Of a stretch of DNA of 64,000 nt, positions 32,646 through 43,116 are shown in pieces. Position 1 is the stretch's first letter; each line of letters opens with the position of its first letter. Position numbers and translations under genes: made by a program. Source of the DNA: an uncultured Gemmatimonadales bacterium (GTDB taxonomy: Bacteria; Gemmatimonadota; Gemmatimonadetes; Gemmatimonadales; GWC2-71-9); assembly GCA_963798915.1 (NCBI GenBank), contig CAWCVB010000011.1, positions 1-64,000 of the forward strand. Reading direction: 5' to 3'. The notes under the pieces are model-generated. The model was not told the DNA's origin. It made no database searches and saw only the letters and a program-made list of their open reading frames with translations.

Positions 32646-33837
32646 AGCAGTCGCATCACGCCGGCCGGCTGGCACCCGGCGTCCGGTTTCCGTCAGCCCG
32701 ATCAACGCGCAGTTGGTCCGCCTCGCGAGCCTCAAGCCAGGACGACACCGCGTGGTCAGCTGTTACCTGAAAATCGAGCCGCGCGACCGGACCCGCGCCA
32801 AGTACACCATCAAGCTCAAGAACCGGGTGCGCGCCGTGGAAGAGGCCCTCCCGCGCCTGGCGCTCGATCGGGCGACTGCCGATGAAGTTCGGCGGGATCT
32901 TGGCCGCATCGTCGATGCGCTCCGCTCGCCGGAGACCTTGCCGGCCTCGAACGGCGTGGCCGTGTTCGCCTCGGAGCCGCTCGACCTGCTGGAGGTCGTG
33001 CCGCTCCCGGCAGTGTATCGGTCGCGCCTGGCCGTCGATCCGTCACCCCTGGTGCGTGAGCTGGCCGCAGTCGAAGACGAAGTCGGTCGCATCCTGGCCG
33101 TGGTGCTGGACCGGTCCAGCGCCAGGTTCTTCGAAGTCGGCGCCTTCTCGGCTCGCGAGCTGACCTCGATTACGTCACCCGCCAGTGCCCGCGGCCGGTT
33201 TCACGCCAGCGGCAGGGACAGCAACGGGGGTGAGCACACGTACAACAGCCGGATTCGCGAGCAGAAGCAGCGGCATTTCGAACTCGTCGCACGCCACCTC
33301 TTCGAACTTGATCGCCGGGAACCGGCGCACGGCATCGTCATCGCCGCGGTCGGGCCCGATGCGGCCGCGCTCGAGCCATTCCTGCATGCCTACCTGGTGG
33401 AGCGGGTCATCGGCACCATCAAGCTCAACCCGAAGACCGTAACCGCTCCCCAGGTCCACCAGGCCGCTCTCGGGGTGCGTGAGGCCTACGAGCGCGCCAC
33501 CGAGCTTCAGCTGGTGGACGACGTCGCCAACGCACTCGGCAGCGGGTGGGCGGTCAACGGCGTGAGCGACACCCTGGCCGCGATGGCCCGCGGCCAGGTG
33601 CGATCGTTGCTTGTCGATGCCGATGCGGCGATGCCGGGCTTCCGTGCGTCGGAGACCGGCCGCCTGGCCCTCACCGAACGTGAGCTCCGCGGGGAGGGCA
33701 CACCCATTCCGGTGATCGATGTCATTGACGATGCCATCGAAGATGCGCTCCGCCAGTCGGTGCAATTGAATGTTGTGTTCGATCCGGCGGCTCGCGGCCG
33801 CACCGATGGACTCGCCGCGCTGCTTCGGTTCCGATGA
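32626..33837 (+). CDS. Bacterial aeRF1/Pelota-superfamily protein (baeRF/Balon-like), no GGQ
   Basis: N domain (VVSCYL..GVAVFA), RNase-H-like middle ([13 protein letters not shown]), L7Ae-like C-terminus ([30 protein letters not shown]). GGGAG precedes GTG 32626. Confidence 0.75.
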   Translation: MNPSSSEAVASRRPAGTRRPVSVSPINAQLVRLASLKPGRHRVVSCYLKIEPRDRTRAKYTIKLKNRVRAVEEALPRLALDRATADEVRRDLGRIVDALRSPETLPASNGVAVFASEPLDLLEVVPLPAVYRSRLAVDPSPLVRELAAVEDEVGRILAVVLDRSSARFFEVGAFSARELTSITSPASARGRFHASGRDSNGGEHTYNSRIREQKQRHFELVARHLFELDRREPAHGIVIAAVGPDAAALEPFLHAYLVERVIGTIKLNPKTVTAPQVHQAALGVREAYERATELQLVDDVANALGSGWAVNGVSDTLAAMARGQVRSLLVDADAAMPGFRASETGRLALTERELRGEGTPIPVIDVIDDAIEDALRQSVQLNVVFDPAARGRTDGLAALLRFR

Positions 33838-33856
33838 CCTTCCACGGGGACCCGAG

Positions 33857-34295
33857 ATGATGATGACCGACGCCGCTCCTCGCCATCTGGCGCGCCCCGT
33901 CCGGGTGCTGGTCGCCAAGCCCGGCCTGGACGGCCACGATCGCGGCGCCAAGGTGGTGGCCGCCGCGTTGCGCGACGCCGGTATGGAAGTGATCTACACC
34001 GGACTGCACCAGACGCCGGAGATGATCGCGCGTGCCGCCATCCAGGAGGATGTGGACGTCGTCGGGCTGTCAGTGTTGTCAGGCGCCCACATGACCCTCT
34101 TCCCGCGGGTACGGAGGCTGCTGGATGAGGCGGATCGCTCGGACATCCTGCTGACCGGCGGCGGCATCATCCCGGAAGCCGATATTGCCGCAGCTCGAGG
34201 CGGGAGGGGTCGGACGCCTGTTCGGCCCCGGCACGCCGACGTCGCAGCTGATTGACTACATCGAGTCGTGGGCTGCCGCCAACCTCTCCGATTGA
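33857..34295 (+). CDS. Cobalamin-binding small subunit of acyl-CoA mutase (frameshift ~34190-34205)
   Basis: [13 protein letters not shown] (DxHxxG), [29 protein letters not shown] continues in a shifted frame to TGA 34295. Confidence 0.9.
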
Positions 34296-34305
34296 TCGGC
34301 CTCCG

Positions 34306-35937
34306 ATGACCAGTTCCAACGGGAGGACCGGCCGGCTCCGCGAGTTGACCGACGAGTACCGAGCCCTGGCCGCGCGCCTGGAACTGGGCGGCGGCGAGCG
34401 CCGCGTTGCCCGCATGCACGAGCGGGGCCAGCTGGCCCCGCGCGAGCGGGTCGAAGCGCTGTGCGATGCTGGCTCGGCCTGGTTCGAACTCGGGCTCCTG
34501 ATGGCATATGATCGCTATGACGGGCAGGCCCCCGGCGCCGGGGTCATAACCGGCCTGGGTGAGATCGCCGGTCGCGACTGCGTCATCGTCGCCAATGATG
34601 CGACGGTCAAGGCTGGCTCCTGGTGGCCCGAGACGATCACCAAGATCCTGCGCGCCCAGGAAGTCGCGATGCGCGAGCGCATCCCGATCGTCTACCTCGT
34701 GGACAGCGCGGGCGTCAATCTCCCGTATCAGGGCGGCGTCTTTCCGGGGCAGTATGGCGCCGCCCGGATCTTCTACTACAACTCGCTGATGCGGCGGTAC
34801 CTCCACGTTCCGCAGATCGCTGCCGTCATGGGCAGCTGCATCGCGGGTGGCGCGTACCTGCCGGCGCTTTCCGACGTCATCTTCATGGTGGAAGGCACCA
34901 GCTTCATGGGACTTGGCGGCCCCAACCTGGTCAAGGGCGCAACCGGCCAGGTCATCGACGCCGAGAGTCTGGGCGGGGCGGCCACCCACACGGAAGTGAG
35001 TGCGGTGGCGCACTACCGAGCGGCGGACGACGCCGAGTGCATTGCCCAGATTCGCGAGTACGTCGCCCGCCTGCCTCGCCCGATGGCGCACACGTCATCC
35101 ATGCGCATTCCGCGCGCCGCCCGGCGGCCTGCGGACGAACTCTATGATGTCCTGCCGCAGGACCACCGCATGTCCTACGACATGCGCCATGTGCTGGACT
35201 GCCTGCTGGATGCGGGCGAACTGGCCGAGTTTCAGCCGGGGTTCGCCGGGGAAATGCTGTGCGGCCATGCCCACATCGAGGGTCACCCCGTCGCGGTGAT
35301 CGCCAATCAGCGCGGCATCATCAAAGGACGTGCGGGCGAGCGCCCTCGGTTTGGAGGGATCATCTACACCGGGAGCGCCGAAAAAGTCGCCTACTTCATC
35401 GATACCGCCAACCGCGAGCAGCTGCCGATCCTGTTCGTGCAGGACGTGAGCGGCTTCATGGTCGGCTCGGAAGCCGAGCATTCAGGGATTATCCGGGCGG
35501 GTGCGCGCTGGGTGGAAGCCATGGCCACGGCGTCGGTGCCCAAGCTGGTGCTGACGGTGAATCATGCGTCTGGTGCCGGATACTACGCCATGGCGGGCCA
35601 GGGATTCGATCCCGACTTCATTGTGTCCTGGCCCACGGGACGGATGGCCGTCATGGAAGGCGAGTCAGCCGTCATGGCGGTACACGGACCGGCGCTGGAC
35701 AAGGCGCAGAAGGCGGGAGGCGAGCCGGCCCAGGAGGTGGCGTCGGCGGTGGCTGACATGCGCGCAGACTATGAACACCAGCTGGATGCCCGCTATGCCG
35801 CGGCCCGAGGATTCGTGGACGCCATCATCACACCCGAAGAGACACGCGCGACGCTCGGGCATCTGCTGCGCGTTTGTGGCCACTTCAGGGGATCGCATCT
35901 CGGCCCCTTCGTGCTTCCACCGCGGGCGAGCTGCTGA
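34306..35937 (+). CDS. Acyl-CoA carboxylase carboxyltransferase subunit (MccB/LiuB/AtuC-like)
   Basis: VANDATVKAG, YLVDSAG, GSCIAGGAY, SLGGA..H, QDVSGFMVG, GAGYYAMAG. Confidence 0.9.
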   Translation: MTSSNGRTGRLRELTDEYRALAARLELGGGERRVARMHERGQLAPRERVEALCDAGSAWFELGLLMAYDRYDGQAPGAGVITGLGEIAGRDCVIVANDATVKAGSWWPETITKILRAQEVAMRERIPIVYLVDSAGVNLPYQGGVFPGQYGAARIFYYNSLMRRYLHVPQIAAVMGSCIAGGAYLPALSDVIFMVEGTSFMGLGGPNLVKGATGQVIDAESLGGAATHTEVSAVAHYRAADDAECIAQIREYVARLPRPMAHTSSMRIPRAARRPADELYDVLPQDHRMSYDMRHVLDCLLDAGELAEFQPGFAGEMLCGHAHIEGHPVAVIANQRGIIKGRAGERPRFGGIIYTGSAEKVAYFIDTANREQLPILFVQDVSGFMVGSEAEHSGIIRAGARWVEAMATASVPKLVLTVNHASGAGYYAMAGQGFDPDFIVSWPTGRMAVMEGESAVMAVHGPALDKAQKAGGEPAQEVASAVADMRADYEHQLDARYAAARGFVDAIITPEETRATLGHLLRVCGHFRGSHLGPFVLPPRASC

Positions 35938-38714
35938 TGCGCTTGCGCTGCGGCTGGTCACTCGCCTGCGGGTTGGTCCTGGCCCTGCCGTTCGCCTCGC
36001 GAGCGCATGCAGAGGCGGCAGCCAGCCCCCAAGTCATCGCTCGCGATACCAATCCGCCGGCCCGCCATCGAGCCGCCCCGCCCGAGCTGGCCCGCTCGCG
36101 TCACTGGCTTTCGCTTGACATGACCGGCGTCGACCAGTTTCGCACAGCTCAACCGCTCGCCGACGGTCGGGGCGTGTTGATCGCGATCCTGGACAGCGGC
36201 ATCGATCCCGGCATTCCAGGACTCATCAGGACGCCCGATGGCGGGGCCAAGCTGCTCGACGCCCGCGACTTTTCGGGCGAGGGCCAGGTCAACCTGACCC
36301 CGGCGGAGCTGCACGCCGATACGGTACTGATTGAGGGTCGGGCGCTTACTGGCATGACGCGGGTGGCTGCACGGACGACCGGACCGTGGTATGGCGGCGT
36401 CATCGATGAGCTGGCGCTGGGGCTGCCTCCAGCAGCGGATCTCGACGGGAATGGTTCGGCTCGCGACCACCTGCCGCTGCTGGTCGGACGCGCGTCGGAC
36501 GGGTGGGTGCTGTACGTCGATGCCGATGGCGATGGTTCGTTTGCGAATGAGCGGCCAGTCCACGACTACCTCATTGCACGCGAGACCTTCGGCTGGAGCA
36601 GTGGAGGCCGGGCGTCGCCTCTCACAATCGCGGCAAACTTCGCGACCACTGCCAGCGGCTTGCCAACGCTGGATCTCTTCTTCGACACGTCCGGTCATGG
36701 ATCGCACGTCGCCGGCATTGCCGCCGCGTACGGTATGTACGACCTCCCTGGCCTGGATGGGGTAGCTCCCGGTGCGCAGCTGCTCGGCCTCAAGATCGCC
36801 AACGATGCACTGGGTGCCATTTCGACGACGCAGTCGATGCGCAATGCGATGGATTATGCCATGCGATTCGCCGAGGCCCGTCGCATGCCGCTGGTCCTCA
36901 ACATGAGCTTCGGCGTTGGAAACGAACATGAGGGCGCAGCGCGGATCGATGCGGTGGTCGATTCCTTTCTGGCCGCCAACCCCGACGTCGTGATGGTCAT
37001 CAGCGCGGGCAATGATGGTCCGGCGCTCTCCACCTTGGGATTCCCGGGATCTGCTTCGCGGGCCATCACCACGGGGGCCGTACTGCCCGGCCGATTCGTG
37101 GCTGCACCCGCGAGCCGCGCGCCGGCCGCGGATGCGGTGGCCTACTTCAGCGCGCGGGGCGGGGAACTCTCCAAGCCCGATATCGTGGCGCCGGGCGTTG
37201 CCTATTCGACGGTGCCGCCATGGGACGTGGGCGGCGAGATCGAAGGCGGCACCAGCATGGCCGCGCCTCATGCTGCAGGGCTGGTTGCGCTGCTGCTGTC
37301 TGCGGCGCAACAGGCTCGACTGCCGGTGACGGCCACGTCCCTTCGTCGCGCCTTGATGGTCACGGCCGGCCGGCTCCCGGCGGCGAGCTACCTGGAGCAG
37401 GGTGCTGGGTTGCCGGATGTGGGGCGGGCGTGGGAATGGCTCAAGCTCCGACGCGGGGTGGGGTCTGTTTCGGTCACGTCGGACGCGGGGACGCCGGGCT
37501 GGTTGTCGGCCTCCCCGTCCGGCGAGCCGTTGCCGACCCATGCGGGATTCCGGGTGCGGTCGGATTCCGCAGTGCACGAACACTTCAAGCTGCATTCGAG
37601 CGCCGATTGGCTCACTGCGCCGGCCGAGTTGGAGTTGCTCGATTCTGCAAGCGTGAGTCTCTCAATCGATACGATGCACATCGGGCGCCACCCCAGGACC
37701 GGTGTTGTGAGCGGCTGGACAGACGATACGCTCGCAGGTCCCGCCTTCCGCCTGGTGGTGACGGTGGTCCGAGCCACCGGCAGCCGGGTAGATCTGGTGG
37801 ACTCGATTCCGGCGGGAAGCGCCAGCAATCTTTTCTTTCGGGTCGACTCGGCGCTGCCGTTCAATGTGCGGGTCGCAACACGGTCGCCAGGCGTGCAGGC
37901 ATTCCTGAACGAGCCCGGCGGCATGCCCTACCGCGATCTTGCCACCTTGGAAGCAGGCGACGGGCGAGACGCCGCGGCATTCCAGGTGGATGGCAGTGAT
38001 GCACTGGCCGGTCTCTGGCAGGTCTCGACGGCGAGTTCTCTCTCGGACGCGGTGCTCGATGTCTCAGTGCTGCCGGCTCCCGCCCGAATGTCACTCCGTC
38101 GTCGTGGGGACAGCGTGGTGGCAAGCTTTGCCAGTCTGGCGGACACGGCGGTGCACGCGGCCGCGCAGATCGGGCTGGTCGGCTCGGACCAGCGGTTTCA
38201 GGTCGACGCGAGCGGTTCGGCTGCGGTGCGGCATCTTCTGGCCGTGCCCTCCTGGGCTCGCTATGTCGTGGTAGATGTCTCCATGCCGGCCGCTCAGTGG
38301 GAACGGCTGACCGACTTCGGGCTCACCCTCTTTGACAGCGCCGGCGTCCAACTGGAGCAGGCACCGCTCAATTACGCGGCCGGGCGGTTGCACCATGCGT
38401 TCACGACGCCACCGGGTCAGGCAGCGCTGCTGCTCTTTCCTGCCTTTGCGGATTCCACCAATTCGGCCTGGAGCGCGAATGTTCGCGTTCGATTCTACCT
38501 GGAGGAGCCCGTGCGGCTCTCGACCAACGGGCCCCGGCAGATTGCACTCGCGCCCAATGGCGAAACCATGCTGACATTGCCCTGGAGCGAACCCGAGTGG
38601 CGCCTCGGGGCCGGCGCGGCCCCGCTGGGCATTGTCACCCTCGAAACCAGCGCGGGTGGCTGGACCACCGAAGCGGCGCTGGTGGACTCTGCCACGGGGC
38701 TGTCGAAAGAATGA
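35937..38714 (+). CDS. Secreted S8 serine peptidase, tripeptidyl-peptidase-II-like
   Basis: Signal peptide; triad ILDSGID / HGSHVAG / [16 protein letters not shown]; long Asp-to-His insert. Confidence 0.85.
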   Translation: MRLRCGWSLACGLVLALPFASRAHAEAAASPQVIARDTNPPARHRAAPPELARSRHWLSLDMTGVDQFRTAQPLADGRGVLIAILDSGIDPGIPGLIRTPDGGAKLLDARDFSGEGQVNLTPAELHADTVLIEGRALTGMTRVAARTTGPWYGGVIDELALGLPPAADLDGNGSARDHLPLLVGRASDGWVLYVDADGDGSFANERPVHDYLIARETFGWSSGGRASPLTIAANFATTASGLPTLDLFFDTSGHGSHVAGIAAAYGMYDLPGLDGVAPGAQLLGLKIANDALGAISTTQSMRNAMDYAMRFAEARRMPLVLNMSFGVGNEHEGAARIDAVVDSFLAANPDVVMVISAGNDGPALSTLGFPGSASRAITTGAVLPGRFVAAPASRAPAADAVAYFSARGGELSKPDIVAPGVAYSTVPPWDVGGEIEGGTSMAAPHAAGLVALLLSAAQQARLPVTATSLRRALMVTAGRLPAASYLEQGAGLPDVGRAWEWLKLRRGVGSVSVTSDAGTPGWLSASPSGEPLPTHAGFRVRSDSAVHEHFKLHSSADWLTAPAELELLDSASVSLSIDTMHIGRHPRTGVVSGWTDDTLAGPAFRLVVTVVRATGSRVDLVDSIPAGSASNLFFRVDSALPFNVRVATRSPGVQAFLNEPGGMPYRDLATLEAGDGRDAAAFQVDGSDALAGLWQVSTASSLSDAVLDVSVLPAPARMSLRRRGDSVVASFASLADTAVHAAAQIGLVGSDQRFQVDASGSAAVRHLLAVPSWARYVVVDVSMPAAQWERLTDFGLTLFDSAGVQLEQAPLNYAAGRLHHAFTTPPGQAALLLFPAFADSTNSAWSANVRVRFYLEEPVRLSTNGPRQIALAPNGETMLTLPWSEPEWRLGAGAAPLGIVTLETSAGGWTTEAALVDSATGLSKE

Positions 38715-40084
38715 CACGAACAGTGCGGGTGGCCGCGGGCCAGGGCTTCTGGGGCGACTGGCTGGAAGCGCCGGTGCGCCAGGTCTCCGACGGCCCAATC
38801 GACTACCTCATGATGGATTATCTGGCTGAAGTGACGATGTCCATCATGCAGAAACAGAAAGGTCGCAACCCCGCCATGGGGTATGCCCGCGACTTTCCGC
38901 AGGTCATGGAGCGGATCCTGCCGATCATGATGCAGCGGGGCATCCGCGTCACATCGAACGCGGGTGGCGTCAACCCGCGGGGATGCGCCGAGGCGGTGCT
39001 CGAGGTGGCGCGCGCGGCCGGGCTGGCCGGCAAGGTCAAGGTGGGCCTGGTCTCGGGCGACGATATCCTGGATCGGCTCGACGACCTCATTGCCCGGGGT
39101 CATCCGCTCGCCGACATGGAGACCGAGCGGCCGCTCAGTGAGATCCGGGACAAGGTGCTGTCGGCCAACGCCTACATCGGCATGGCTCCGATCGTGGAAG
39201 CGCTCGACCGTGGCGCGCATGTCGTGGTGACCGGACGTGTCACGGACACCGGGCTCACGCTCGGGCCGTTGGTGCATGAATTCGGTTGGGCAGGCGATGA
39301 CTGGGACCGGATTGCCAGCGGCACGGTGGCCGGTCACATCATCGAGTGTGGCGCGCAGGCCTCCGGCGGGAACCTGCTCAAGGACTGGCGCGATGTGCGC
39401 GGCCTGGACAATCCCGGTTTTCCGATTGCCGAGGTTCGTGACGACGGCTCGTTCATCATTACCAAGCATGCCGGGAGCGGCGGCGTCGTCAACATCGCGA
39501 GCGTCACCGAACAGCTCGTCTACGAGATGGGAGACCCGCACCAGTACATCACGCCCGATGGCGTGGCGGATTTCACCAGCATTCATCTGGCGGACGCAGG
39601 GAAGAACCGGGTGAAGGTGGATGGTGTCCGGGGTGGGCCGCGCACCGGTATGCTCAAGGTCTCCATCGCTTGGTTCTACGGGTATAAGGCCGTGGGAACG
39701 CTGGTGTACTCCTGGCCCGATGCATTCGAGAAGGCCCGGGCGGCGGATGCCATTCTTCGGAAGCGGCTGGACGCGCTCGGCCTGCAATTCGAACAGATCC
39801 TGACCGAATACGTCGGCGTGGATGCGACGCACGGGATGCTTGCGGGGCCACCCGATCCAGACCTGCCCGAGGTGCAGTTGCGGGTGGGCGTGCGCGCGCG
39901 TGATCGCGCGCCGGTGGAGCGGTTCACCAGGGAGATCGCTCCGCTTGTGCTCACCGGGCCCCCCAGCGTAACGGGCTTTGCCGGTGGGCGGCCGCAGGTG
40001 GAAGAGATCGTGGCCTACTGGCCTGCGCTGGTCGATCGTGGCGAGATCGAGCCGCATGTGCGGGTCGAAATACTCGAAGCCTGA
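38711..40084 (+). CDS. AtuA family (DUF1446) protein
   Basis: [50 protein letters not shown]. Confidence 0.88.
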   Translation: MTRTVRVAAGQGFWGDWLEAPVRQVSDGPIDYLMMDYLAEVTMSIMQKQKGRNPAMGYARDFPQVMERILPIMMQRGIRVTSNAGGVNPRGCAEAVLEVARAAGLAGKVKVGLVSGDDILDRLDDLIARGHPLADMETERPLSEIRDKVLSANAYIGMAPIVEALDRGAHVVVTGRVTDTGLTLGPLVHEFGWAGDDWDRIASGTVAGHIIECGAQASGGNLLKDWRDVRGLDNPGFPIAEVRDDGSFIITKHAGSGGVVNIASVTEQLVYEMGDPHQYITPDGVADFTSIHLADAGKNRVKVDGVRGGPRTGMLKVSIAWFYGYKAVGTLVYSWPDAFEKARAADAILRKRLDALGLQFEQILTEYVGVDATHGMLAGPPDPDLPEVQLRVGVRARDRAPVERFTREIAPLVLTGPPSVTGFAGGRPQVEEIVAYWPALVDRGEIEPHVRVEILEA

Positions 40085-40101
40085 AGGCCGGAGGCGCTGT
40101 C

Positions 40102-40497
40102 ATGGCAGCCAAGAAGTCGGTCACGAACGTCGCAGCGCAAACGGTGCAGATGGTGCCCCTTCGCTACCTTGCGCATGCCCGGTCCGGCGACAAGGGCGAC
40201 ACCGCGAACGTCGGCCTGATTGCACTCGAGCCCGAGTACTGGCCGGTATTGCTGCACGAGGTGACGAAGGCACGAGTGGCCCGTCATTTCGGCGACATGG
40301 TCGCCGGTGTCGAACGATTCGAGCTTCCCAATCTTCGCGCGCTCAACTTCCTGCTGCACGGCGCCCTGGATGGAGGCGGCACACTCAGCCTCAAGACGGA
40401 CGCGCAGGGCAAGGTGTACTCCACCGCACTGCTCCGGATGGAAGTTCCGGTGCCGGCAGCGCTGGCTGCCACGCTCATGGCGCGCTCAGCGCCATGA
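40102..40497 (+). CDS. AtuA C-terminal-like small protein
   Basis: HARSGDKGDTANVG, VERFELPNLRALNF, LDGGG..D.QGK. Confidence 0.82.
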   Translation: MAAKKSVTNVAAQTVQMVPLRYLAHARSGDKGDTANVGLIALEPEYWPVLLHEVTKARVARHFGDMVAGVERFELPNLRALNFLLHGALDGGGTLSLKTDAQGKVYSTALLRMEVPVPAALAATLMARSAP

Positions 40498-41255
40498 GCC
40501 AGTCCTTCCTCACGCGCGGCCTGTCCGGTGGCGTGCTCCACCTGACGCTCAATCGTCCCGAGAAACGCAACGCCCTCAGCTCGGCGCTGATCGCGGAGCT
40601 TTCAGCAGCCATCGCGGACGCCGAACTCGACGCGTCGGTTCGCGTGGTATGCCTTCGAGGAGCCGGTCCGGATTTCTGCGCCGGCGCCGACCTCGGGGAA
40701 CTGCTCCAGTCCGCGGATCGTTCCCTCTCGGAGAACGAGCAGGACGCCCTTCGGCTGGGCCACTTGTTCCTTGCATTGCGCGCGTTGCCGAAGCCGGTGA
40801 TGGCTGTCGTGCATGGGCGTGCGCTGGCAGGCGGGGCCGGCCTGGCGACTGCGTGTGACCTGGTGATCGCGACTGAGGGCGCCAGCCTGGGATATCCGGA
40901 GATCCGCCGCGGATTCGTGCCGGCCATGGTCATGACCATGCTGCGCCGCCTGGTTGGAGAGCGCGTGGCGTTTGACCTCACGGCGACGGGACGGCTGCTG
41001 TCCGCCGCAGAGGCGCTGGAACTCGGATTGATTTCGCGCGTAGTGCACGAGGCTGCATTGCAGAACGAGGCGGACGCGGTGGCGGCGCTGTTGGCAGGGT
41101 CCTCCGCGAGCGCCCTCGCATTGACCAAGCAGCTGCTGTACGAGCAGGATGGTCTGTCGTTTGCGGAGGGCATTGCGCTCGGCGCGCGGGTCAATGCTGC
41201 GGCGCGTGCAACGCCGGATTTCCGGACAGCGGTATCCGCGTTTCTGGACAGATGA
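40494..41255 (+). CDS. Enoyl-CoA hydratase/isomerase (methylglutaconyl-CoA hydratase-like)
   Basis: LNRPEKRNAL, FCAGADL, ALAGGAGL..CD, YPEIRRG. Confidence 0.88.
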   Translation: MSQSFLTRGLSGGVLHLTLNRPEKRNALSSALIAELSAAIADAELDASVRVVCLRGAGPDFCAGADLGELLQSADRSLSENEQDALRLGHLFLALRALPKPVMAVVHGRALAGGAGLATACDLVIATEGASLGYPEIRRGFVPAMVMTMLRRLVGERVAFDLTATGRLLSAAEALELGLISRVVHEAALQNEADAVAALLAGSSASALALTKQLLYEQDGLSFAEGIALGARVNAAARATPDFRTAVSAFLDR

Positions 41256-41446
41256 GTCGCCAGCTGCTTGGCCTTGCGGGAATTGCAATCGCGGTGGTCG
41301 GCATTGCGCTCGACTCCGTAGTGGTGATCTGGCTGGCGATCACGGTGCTCTCAGCGGCGGCCCTGTGGCGCCTGCTGGCTCGCCGGGCGGCCCGGCAAAA
41401 AGCCGAAGCGGCGTCATCCTGGGAGGACGGCCGTGAAAAAGACTGA
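41252..41446 (+). CDS. Small two-TM membrane protein
   Basis: 64 aa hydrophobic hairpin with basic tail; ATGA overlap with the ECH stop. Confidence 0.6.
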   Translation: MSRQLLGLAGIAIAVVGIALDSVVVIWLAITVLSAAALWRLLARRAARQKAEAASSWEDGREKD

Positions 41447-41470
41447 CGCCCGCGCAGCCTTGTGCGCCGA

Positions 41471-41486
41471 TGGCAAGGTCCTTGCT
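41471..41486 (+). promoter_or_regulatory. Putative sigma54 (-24/-12) promoter
   Basis: TGGCAAGGTCCTTGCT against consensus TGGCACG-N4-TTGCW; exact GG-N10-GC spacing. Confidence 0.65.
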
Positions 41487-41655
41487 GGCAACCGGTTACG
41501 CAACTTTCCCGGTTTTGACCCAGTTGCGCTTGCGACAAAGAGTGCTAACTTTGCTCGTTAGTCTGTAAGCGTCGGGAACGGCCGAGCGGCCGCTGCGGGT
41601 GGACGTGGACACCAGAAGGACCTCAACAGTTCAACGGGATTCAGGAGGAAGGGAC

Positions 41656-42228
41656 ATGAAGGGCATGTTGAAGGCTCTCACAGCAGTGGCGATGGCGACG
41701 GCGTTGACCGCCTCGACCGCGCACGCACAGAACTCGATGCCGGTCTCCTTTGGTGTGGGTGGCGGCGTCAACCTGCCGCTCAGCAACTTCAAGGATGTTG
41801 CCAAGCTCGGGTTCCAGGGCACCGCCTTGGTCGCGTTCGCTCCGGAGAATCTTCCGGTTGGATTCCGGGTGGACGGCACCTACCAGCAGAACAAGTATGA
41901 CAATGATTTCGCAGCGGCCTTCGGCGACGGCAAGTGGCAAACCATCTATGGTACCGCCAATGTCGTGTACACGTTCCAGACCGCCGAAACCTCACGCATT
42001 CATCCTTACTTGATCGCCGGCGGTGGTGTCTACAATCTGAAGGACAAGCCGGATGTTGGCACGGGCGCGTCGGATACGAAGTTCGGCGTCAATGCAGGTG
42101 CTGGCTTCGACATGGCTGCTGGTGGTGCGACCGTCTTTCTCGAGGGTCGTTTCCACAACATCTTTGTCAGCGGTAACAATCAGAGCTTCGTGCCGATCAC
42201 CCTCGGCGTGAAGTTCGGCGGCAAGTAA
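41656..42228 (+). CDS. Outer-membrane beta-barrel protein (OmpA/OmpW-like, ~8 strands)
   Basis: AGGAGG RBS, signal peptide (AHA-Q), alternating strands, HPYLIAGGG, C-terminal LGVKF. Confidence 0.85.
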   Translation: MKGMLKALTAVAMATALTASTAHAQNSMPVSFGVGGGVNLPLSNFKDVAKLGFQGTALVAFAPENLPVGFRVDGTYQQNKYDNDFAAAFGDGKWQTIYGTANVVYTFQTAETSRIHPYLIAGGGVYNLKDKPDVGTGASDTKFGVNAGAGFDMAAGGATVFLEGRFHNIFVSGNNQSFVPITLGVKFGGK

Positions 42229-42250
42229 TTGCAGTAAGCAGTACGAGTCC

Positions 42251-42288
42251 ACAATGCGGCCTCGCCTTCGGGCGGGGCCGTATTGTTT
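42251..42288 (+). terminator. Intrinsic terminator / stable hairpin
   Basis: 16-bp stem ACAATGCGGCCTCGCC / GGCGGGGCCGTATTGT (2 G-U pairs), cUUCGg loop, short T tail. Confidence 0.75.
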
Positions 42289-42387
42289 CAGGGGGAGTCG
42301 AGATGTGACTGGCATCATGGAGCGGGCCGTGGTAGTGCATCAAATTGCAACCACTGCGCTACCTCTCCCCCTGCTAAGGAGGCTTCA

Positions 42388-42876
42388 ATGCGCACGCGTC
42401 TCGCAGGATTGGTTGTTCTCGCCAGTCTCATGGGCGCTCTTCCCGCGTCCGCCCAAGGCGTCCGTTTCGGCGTCGGCGGCAGCGGCGACATTTCACTGGA
42501 AGACAATGGCGGCAGCGATTTCGGCCTGGGTGCTGCCATGGATTACTACCCGGGCGGTCCGGTCGGATTCCGGCTCGACGGCTCATGGATATTCCGGACT
42601 GGTGATGACGGCGTCCTGCTGAACAGCGACGCCACCTATAACTTCGTGAATCATCCCAGCGTCCACCCGTTCCTCATGGGTGGCCTGAGTCTGGGTGCCA
42701 GTCAGTCGTTCGACGCCAGCACGCAGCTTGGCCTCAACGCTGGTGCCGGCATCAATTTCCACCTGCGCAATACTCCCATCGGCCTGTGGGCCGACGGGCG
42801 GTTCCATCACTTCTTCTCGCCTGACAACAATGGCCTGCAGTTCATGGCCGGTATGCGGTTCGGGGAAGGAGAGTAG
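42388..42876 (+). CDS. Second outer-membrane beta-barrel protein
   Basis: AAGGAGG RBS before ATG 42388, signal peptide (ASA-Q), HPFLMGG, GLNAGAG, C-terminal AGMRF. Confidence 0.82.
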   Translation: MRTRLAGLVVLASLMGALPASAQGVRFGVGGSGDISLEDNGGSDFGLGAAMDYYPGGPVGFRLDGSWIFRTGDDGVLLNSDATYNFVNHPSVHPFLMGGLSLGASQSFDASTQLGLNAGAGINFHLRNTPIGLWADGRFHHFFSPDNNGLQFMAGMRFGEGE

Positions 42877-42913
42877 GGAAGGGCATAGGGCGTGGGAGGG
42901 CTCGCAGTGCGCC

Positions 42914-43013
42914 TCGCTGTGAGCCCGCAGGGCGAAGCAATCGGGTCGCGGCTGTGATGTTCGCTCGCGGCTCGATTGCTTCGTCGTATCCGCTGGATGC
43001 TCCCCGCAATGTC
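42914..43013. repeat. REP-like palindromic element (CGAAGCAATC / GATTGCTTCG type)
   Basis: CGAAGCAATCG at 42933-42943 is the exact inverse of CGATTGCTTCG at 42973-42983; element ends in CGCAATGTC. Confidence 0.6.
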
Positions 43014-43116
43014 TTCCGGCTGCGCCACGTCTGACGCTCGAGTCGCGACGCGTTCCCATGTACCCGCGCGCATACGCCCGATACCGCATCTGGCTTCATG
43101 TCCGGCATCATGTCTC

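Noticed and set aside
41522..41548. GAGTGCTAA, a perfect right arm of a CIRCE element
   Set aside because: The left arm TTAGCACTC is missing at N9 spacing and the downstream gene is not a chaperone; better explained as an extended -10.
42959..42973. GTTC-N7-GCTC upstream of recQ as a LexA box
   Set aside because: Mismatched, lacks the CCGAA extension, lies inside a REP-like element and is ~145 nt from the start.
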